Origin: an uncultured Chloroflexia bacterium
Lineage (GTDB): Bacteria > Chloroflexota > Anaerolineae > JAAYZQ01
Assembly: GCA_963700285.1 (NCBI GenBank)
Contig: CAVOXA010000015.1
Location: 160,001 to 224,000, forward strand
Length of the DNA: 64,000 nt
Direction of reading: 5' to 3'
Part shown: positions 59,437-64,000 of the stretch, piece by piece
Position numbering within the stretch: position 1 is the first letter of the stretch
Layout: each line of letters starts with the position of its first letter
Position numbers and translations under genes: made by a program
Notes under the pieces: generated by a model
Databases searched by the model: none
Told to the model about the DNA's origin: nothing
Seen by the model: only the letters and a program-made list of their open reading frames with translations

Positions 59437-60552
59437 ATGCAGCGACGTATATTGGGCCGCACGGGTCTAGGGGTTTCGATCCTCGGTTTGGGCGGATTCC
59501 ACCTATTAGAGATTAGTACTGCCGGCGCCCAGGCCATTCTGAACCGCTATTTGGATGCCGGCGGTAACTATGTAGAGACGGCTCCAGAATATGGTCACGG
59601 AGAATCGGAGCGCAAGATCGGGCCGGTTATGGCCCAGCGGCGCGACGAGTGCGTGCTGGCCACCAAGTGCCACGCCCGAGACCGAGACCCCGCCAGCCAG
59701 TTGATCGACCAGAGCTTGAGACACCTGCACACAGACTGTGTAGACATCCTGTTCATGCACCACGTCCAGACACCGGACGAGTTGGACCGCATCCTGGCGG
59801 GGGGTGGCGCCTTGCGGGCGGCAGAGGCGGCCCGCGACGCGGGCAAGACGCGCTTTATCGGGATCTCCAGCCATGGCAGCCCGGAGGTCATGATCGAGGC
59901 CCTCAGGCGCTATCCCTTTGACGTGATCATGACCGGTACTAACTACTATGACCGGTTCAACTTTCCCTTGATCGAAAAAGAACTGCTGCCCCTAGCCCTG
60001 AAGGAGGAGGCTGGCATCGTGGGCATGAAGGCCGTGGCCGATGGCTTCCTGTGGCGTTCCGCCGAACAAGCCTTCCGCTACGCCTGGAGCCTGCCCATCC
60101 ACGTCATGGCGGCGGGCGCCAATACGATGGACATGCTCGATCAAGACCTGGCCTACGCCGGGGCCTTTGAGCCGATGGCGGAAGAGGAGCAAGAACGCTG
60201 GTTCTTTGAGGCGCCCGAGCTTGGCACCTACGTTTGTCGCCTGTGTGACAAGTGCCTGCCCTGTCCCGAGGGCATTGACATCCCCCGCATCTTTGAGTTG
60301 GAGGGCTGGTACGACCGCCAGATGTGGGATGGGGTCGTACGCGACCCGGCGGACTATGCCCTTCGCGAGAGGCTACGCTTCTGGTTCCAGAACGAGGACC
60401 GAGCGCGGGCGGCCTACGCGGCGCTGCCGGTCAGGGCCGATGCCTGTACCGACTGCGGTGAGTGCGAGCCGCGCTGTCCCTACCATCTGCCCATCGTGGA
60501 CAAGCTGGGCCACAGCCATTACAAACTGACAGGCGCAGAAATAGGCGATTGA
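59437..60552 (+). CDS. Aldo/keto reductase with C-terminal 4Fe-4S dicluster
   Basis: LGLGG, ETAPEYG, LATK, GMKA; [10 protein letters not shown] and [12 protein letters not shown]. Confidence 0.92.
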   Translation: MQRRILGRTGLGVSILGLGGFHLLEISTAGAQAILNRYLDAGGNYVETAPEYGHGESERKIGPVMAQRRDECVLATKCHARDRDPASQLIDQSLRHLHTDCVDILFMHHVQTPDELDRILAGGGALRAAEAARDAGKTRFIGISSHGSPEVMIEALRRYPFDVIMTGTNYYDRFNFPLIEKELLPLALKEEAGIVGMKAVADGFLWRSAEQAFRYAWSLPIHVMAAGANTMDMLDQDLAYAGAFEPMAEEEQERWFFEAPELGTYVCRLCDKCLPCPEGIDIPRIFELEGWYDRQMWDGVVRDPADYALRERLRFWFQNEDRARAAYAALPVRADACTDCGECEPRCPYHLPIVDKLGHSHYKLTGAEIGD

Positions 60553-61811
60553 TGATGACGGAAGTCATCGTGGCCGGCCATCTGTGCCTGGACATTTACC
60601 CAAAATTCGACTTCGACCAGGCCCAATCTGTGGCCCAACAAGCCCAGCTCGGGGCCGAACCAGCCCAATTTGGCCCCGAACTGGGTCGGGCTTTGGACAC
60701 GTACCTTGCACCTGGAAGATTGACCACAGTTGGTCCGGCGACCTTTTGCACAGGAGGAGCGGTCTCCAATGCCGGGATCAACCTCCACCGGCTGGGGATA
60801 CGCACCCAATTGATGGGCAAGATCGGTGACGATCTGCTGGGGCGGGCCATCCTGGACATGGTGAGCAGCTACAGCCCCGACCTGGCCCAGGGCATGATCA
60901 CCATGCCCGGCGAGGGCAGTTCTTACACGATCGTCATCGACCCACCTGGCATCGACCGCATATTCCTGCATGACCCGGGCGCCAACGACACCTTTGGCGC
61001 TGAAGACGTTCGCTACGAGTTGCTGGCTGGTGCCCAGCTCTTTCACTTTGGCTATCCGCCCCTGATGAGGCGCATGTACGCTGGCGAGGGGCAGGAACTG
61101 GTGAAGATATTCTAGAGGGCCAAGCAGACGGGGGTCACAACTTCCCTGGACCTGGCCATGCCCGATCCGGCCGGGGCCAGCGGCCAGGCCAATTGGCGGC
61201 TCATCCTGGCCCGTACCCTGCCCCAGGTGGACCTCTTTGTGCCCAGCGTCGAAGAGCTGCTGTTCATGCTGCATCGGGTGCGGTTCGACGAGCTCACGTC
61301 CAGCGTTGGCGCGGCAGGCATGCTGGAAGCCCTTACACCTGATGAGATCGTCGCTCTGGCCGATGAAGCTCTGGATATGGGGGCCAAGATGGTACTGCTA
61401 AAGATGGGTACCTTGGGCCTGTACTTGCGCACAGAGGCAGCGCTTTCTGACATTGGCCGTGGTGCGCCGTCAGGCTTGCCTGCTTGGGCCGGCCGTCAAC
61501 TGTGGGTTTCCTGCTATCAGCCAGACAGAGTAGCCTCGACTGTGGGCACAGGCGACGCGGCCATTGCCGGGTTCCTGGCAGCCCTGCTGCGGGGCGCTTC
61601 GCCCGGGCAGGCCCTCAATGTGGCCGCCGCGACGGGGGCCTGCTGTGTGGAAGAGCCCGGCGCTCTGGAGGGCGTACGCCCCTGGGGGGAGACGCTGGTC
61701 CGTGTGGAAGCTGGCTGGGCCCGCTTGCCGCTGGATCCGGCAGGTACCGGCTGGGTGTGGGATGGCCAGGATGGTGTCTGGCGGGGACCTGCTGATAGAG
61801 TGCAGGTCTAG
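60552..61811 (+). pseudogene. PfkB-family carbohydrate kinase with in-frame TAG at 61113-61115
   Basis: [25 protein letters not shown]; both halves are in the same frame. Confidence 0.82.
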
Positions 61812-61904
61812 CCCCAATCGTTTGGTCCACTCCCCGCCAAACGAAGACCTTATCGCCAAAGGCAGAGGTGGAGCTTTCGCCCGCTGTCTATCCTTCACAA
61901 GTCT

Positions 61905-61934
61905 TTGTAGTAAACAGTAGCCCTGTGGTATAAT
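61905..61934 (+). promoter_or_regulatory. Putative extended -10 promoter
   Basis: TTGTAG-18 bp-TATAAT with TG; the CCTGTGGTATA context also occurs at 5771 and 30288. Confidence 0.5.
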
Positions 61935-61963
61935 TCCCCAAAATTGGACCAAGTGAGTATAAT

Positions 61964-63846
61964 TTGAGTGTGAACGACATTTTGGACCGCATCCTGCCCA
62001 CCGTGACCAAGCCGGCGCGCTACACGGGCGGCGAATGGAATAGCGTGGTGAAGGATTGGGCCGCCTGCGACGTGCGCTGGGCGCTGGCCTTTCCCGACAC
62101 CTACGAGATCGGCATGTCGAACCTGGGCCTGGCCATCCTGTACGACCTGCTCAATCGCCAGGAGGATGTGCTGGCCGAGCGGGTCTATGCGCCCTGGGTG
62201 GACATGGAGGCCGCCATGCGCGCCGCCGGCATTGCCCCTCTTTAGCCTGGAGAGCCGCCGGCCCCTGGCCGAGTTTGACGTCATCGGCTTTAGCCTGCCC
62301 TACGAGCAGCTGTACACCAACCTGCTGAACATGCTCGACCTGGCCGGGCTGCCGGTCCTGGCCGCCGAGCGCGACGAGGGCCATCCCCTGGTCATCGCCG
62401 GCGGCGGGGCGACCTTCAACCCCGAGCCGATGGCCGACTTTGTCGATGCCTTTGTCCTGGGCGATGGCGAGGAGGTGGTCCTCGATATCACGGATGCCGT
62501 CCGCGAGGCCAAGCGCCAGGAGCTCAGCGCGGGAGGCCCTGCTGCGGCGGCTGGCCGAGATCCCGGGCGTGTACGTGCCCCGCTTCTACGAGGTGGCCTA
62601 CCACGCCGATGGGACCGTGGCCGAGGTGCAGGCCCACGGCGCCCGAGGCGCAGATGCCGGTGCGCAAGCGGATCGTGGCCACGCTGCCGCCGCCGGTCAC
62701 GCGCCCGCTGGTGCCCTTCGTCGACACGGTCCACAACCGGGCGGCCATCGAGATCCAGCGGGGCTGCACGCGGGGCTGCCGCTTCTGCCACGCGGGCATG
62801 GTCTACCGCCCCGTGCGCGAGCGGCCCGTGGACGAGGTCCTGGACGCCGTAGACGAGATCGTGGCCAACACCGGCTTTGAGGAGATTGCACTGCTGTCCC
62901 TCAGTTCCAGCGACTATAGCCAGATCGAGACGCTGGTGCGCGAGCTGGTGGCCCGCCACGGCGACCGGCACCTGTCCATCTCGCTGCCCAGCCTGCGCAT
63001 CGAGTCGGTGTCGGTGGACCTGATGGAGCAGTTGCAGGCCACGGGCCGGCGCTCCAGCTTTACCTTTGCCCCCGAGGCGGCCACCGAGCGGCTGCGGGGC
63101 GTCATCAACAAACCGATCGCCGACGAGGACCTGCTGGCCGTGGTCGAGGAGGTCTACAGCCGGGGGTGGAAGACGGTCAAGCTCTACTTCATGATCGGCC
63201 ACCCCACCCAGACGCTGGACGACGTGGCGGCCATCGTCGATCTGGCCGAGCAGGTGCGGGCCGTGGGCCGGCGGGTGCTTGGGCCGCAAGGCCCAGGTGA
63301 ACGTCAGCGTGTCGACATTGGTGCCCAAGCCCCACACGCCCTTCCAGTGGGTGCCCCTGGCCGCCGAGGACGAGGTCCGCGCCCAGCAGGACTATCTGAA
63401 GGAGCACCTGCGCGGGCCGGGCCTCAAGCTGAACTGGAACAACTACCAGGAGACGCTGCTGGAAGCGGTGCTGTCCCGGGGCGACCGGCGGCTGGGCGCG
63501 GTCATCCACCGTGCCTGGCAGTTGGGCGCCCGCTTTGACGGCTGGAGCGACCAGTTCAAGGTCGAGGCCTGGCGGCAGGCCTTCCGCGAGACGGACGTGG
63601 AGGTGGGCTTTTACGCCCGGCGGCACGCGATCCCTGGACGAGGTGTTCCCCTGGGATCACATCGACGCCGGGGTGACCAAGAGATACCTGGCCCGCGACT
63701 ACCAGGCTTCGCTGCGGGGTGAGACTCGCCTCGACTGCCGGGAGCAGTGCTACGCCTGCGGCATCCTGACCGCCTTCCGCGAGGAGCGGGCCGGGCTGCC
63801 CGCGGACGCCTGGGGCTGTCCGCCGATGAGCGTGACCCAGGGATGA
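61964..63846 (+). CDS. TIGR03960-family radical SAM protein (about five frameshifts)
   Basis: KPARYTGGE, FPDTYEIGMSNLG, EIQRGCTRGCRFC, TFAPEA, KLYFMIG and PKPHTPFQW across frames. Confidence 0.88.
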
Positions 63847-63859
63847 GGCATACTGACCG

Positions 63860-64000
63860 ATGACAGATCACGACACCGCAACAGCGGCTGCGCATCACGT
63901 TTGCCAAGGGCGAACCACTCAAGTACATCTCGCACCTGGACCTGGCGCGGACCTGGGAGCGGGTCTTTCGCCGGGCAGGGCTGCCGCTGGCCTATTCGCA
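63860..64000 (+). CDS. TIGR03936-family radical SAM-associated protein (partial)
   Basis: RLRITFAKGEPLKYISHLDL..RRAGLPLAYS; the usual partner of TIGR03960. Confidence 0.85.
   Translation, partial: MTDHDTATAAAHHVCQGRTTQVHLAPGPGADLGAGLSPGRAAAGLFA

Noticed and set aside
30860-61115. Genome-wide TAG recoding or pyrrolysine
   Set aside because: TAG is the genuine stop of many intact genes here (fdrA, ylbE, both cyclases, the CoA-transferase), and the window has no pyl genes.

Overview
About 64 kb of GC-rich bacterial DNA. Gene content, YLPLI-type motifs and heptamer repeats suggest Chloroflexota/Anaerolineae (inference). Blocks: (1) 1-5.6 kb, a zinc-ribbon-tagged Ser/Thr signalling module (PP2C, vWA, FHA, kinase). 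(2) 5.7-29.5 kb, a large catabolic island: FdrA/DUF1116/DUF2877 (AllF/G/H-like), two molybdenum hydroxylases, three cyclase-family domains, a class III CoA-transferase, a BMP-type ABC importer and an Fe-S aldo/keto reductase. (3) 29.6-36.7 kb, mixed genes (nitroreductase, broken methyltransferase, GH13, Tag-like glycosylase, secreted protein). (4) 36.9-59.1 kb, minus-strand surface-glycan genes (GT2/GT4s, Wzt without Wzm, membrane GT, two duplicated secreted GHs, DegT/epimerase/GT2), interrupted by a serine-recombinase relic ending in a tRNA-like att remnant. (5) 59.4-64 kb, AKR, a PfkB kinase with an internal stop, and a radical SAM pair. Best novelty candidates: the N-heterocycle catabolic island, a helical module shared by five glycan-locus proteins, and small palindromic elements inserted in frame into enzymes. 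Many frameshifts look like +1 sequencing errors. All family calls come from motif recognition; no searches were run.
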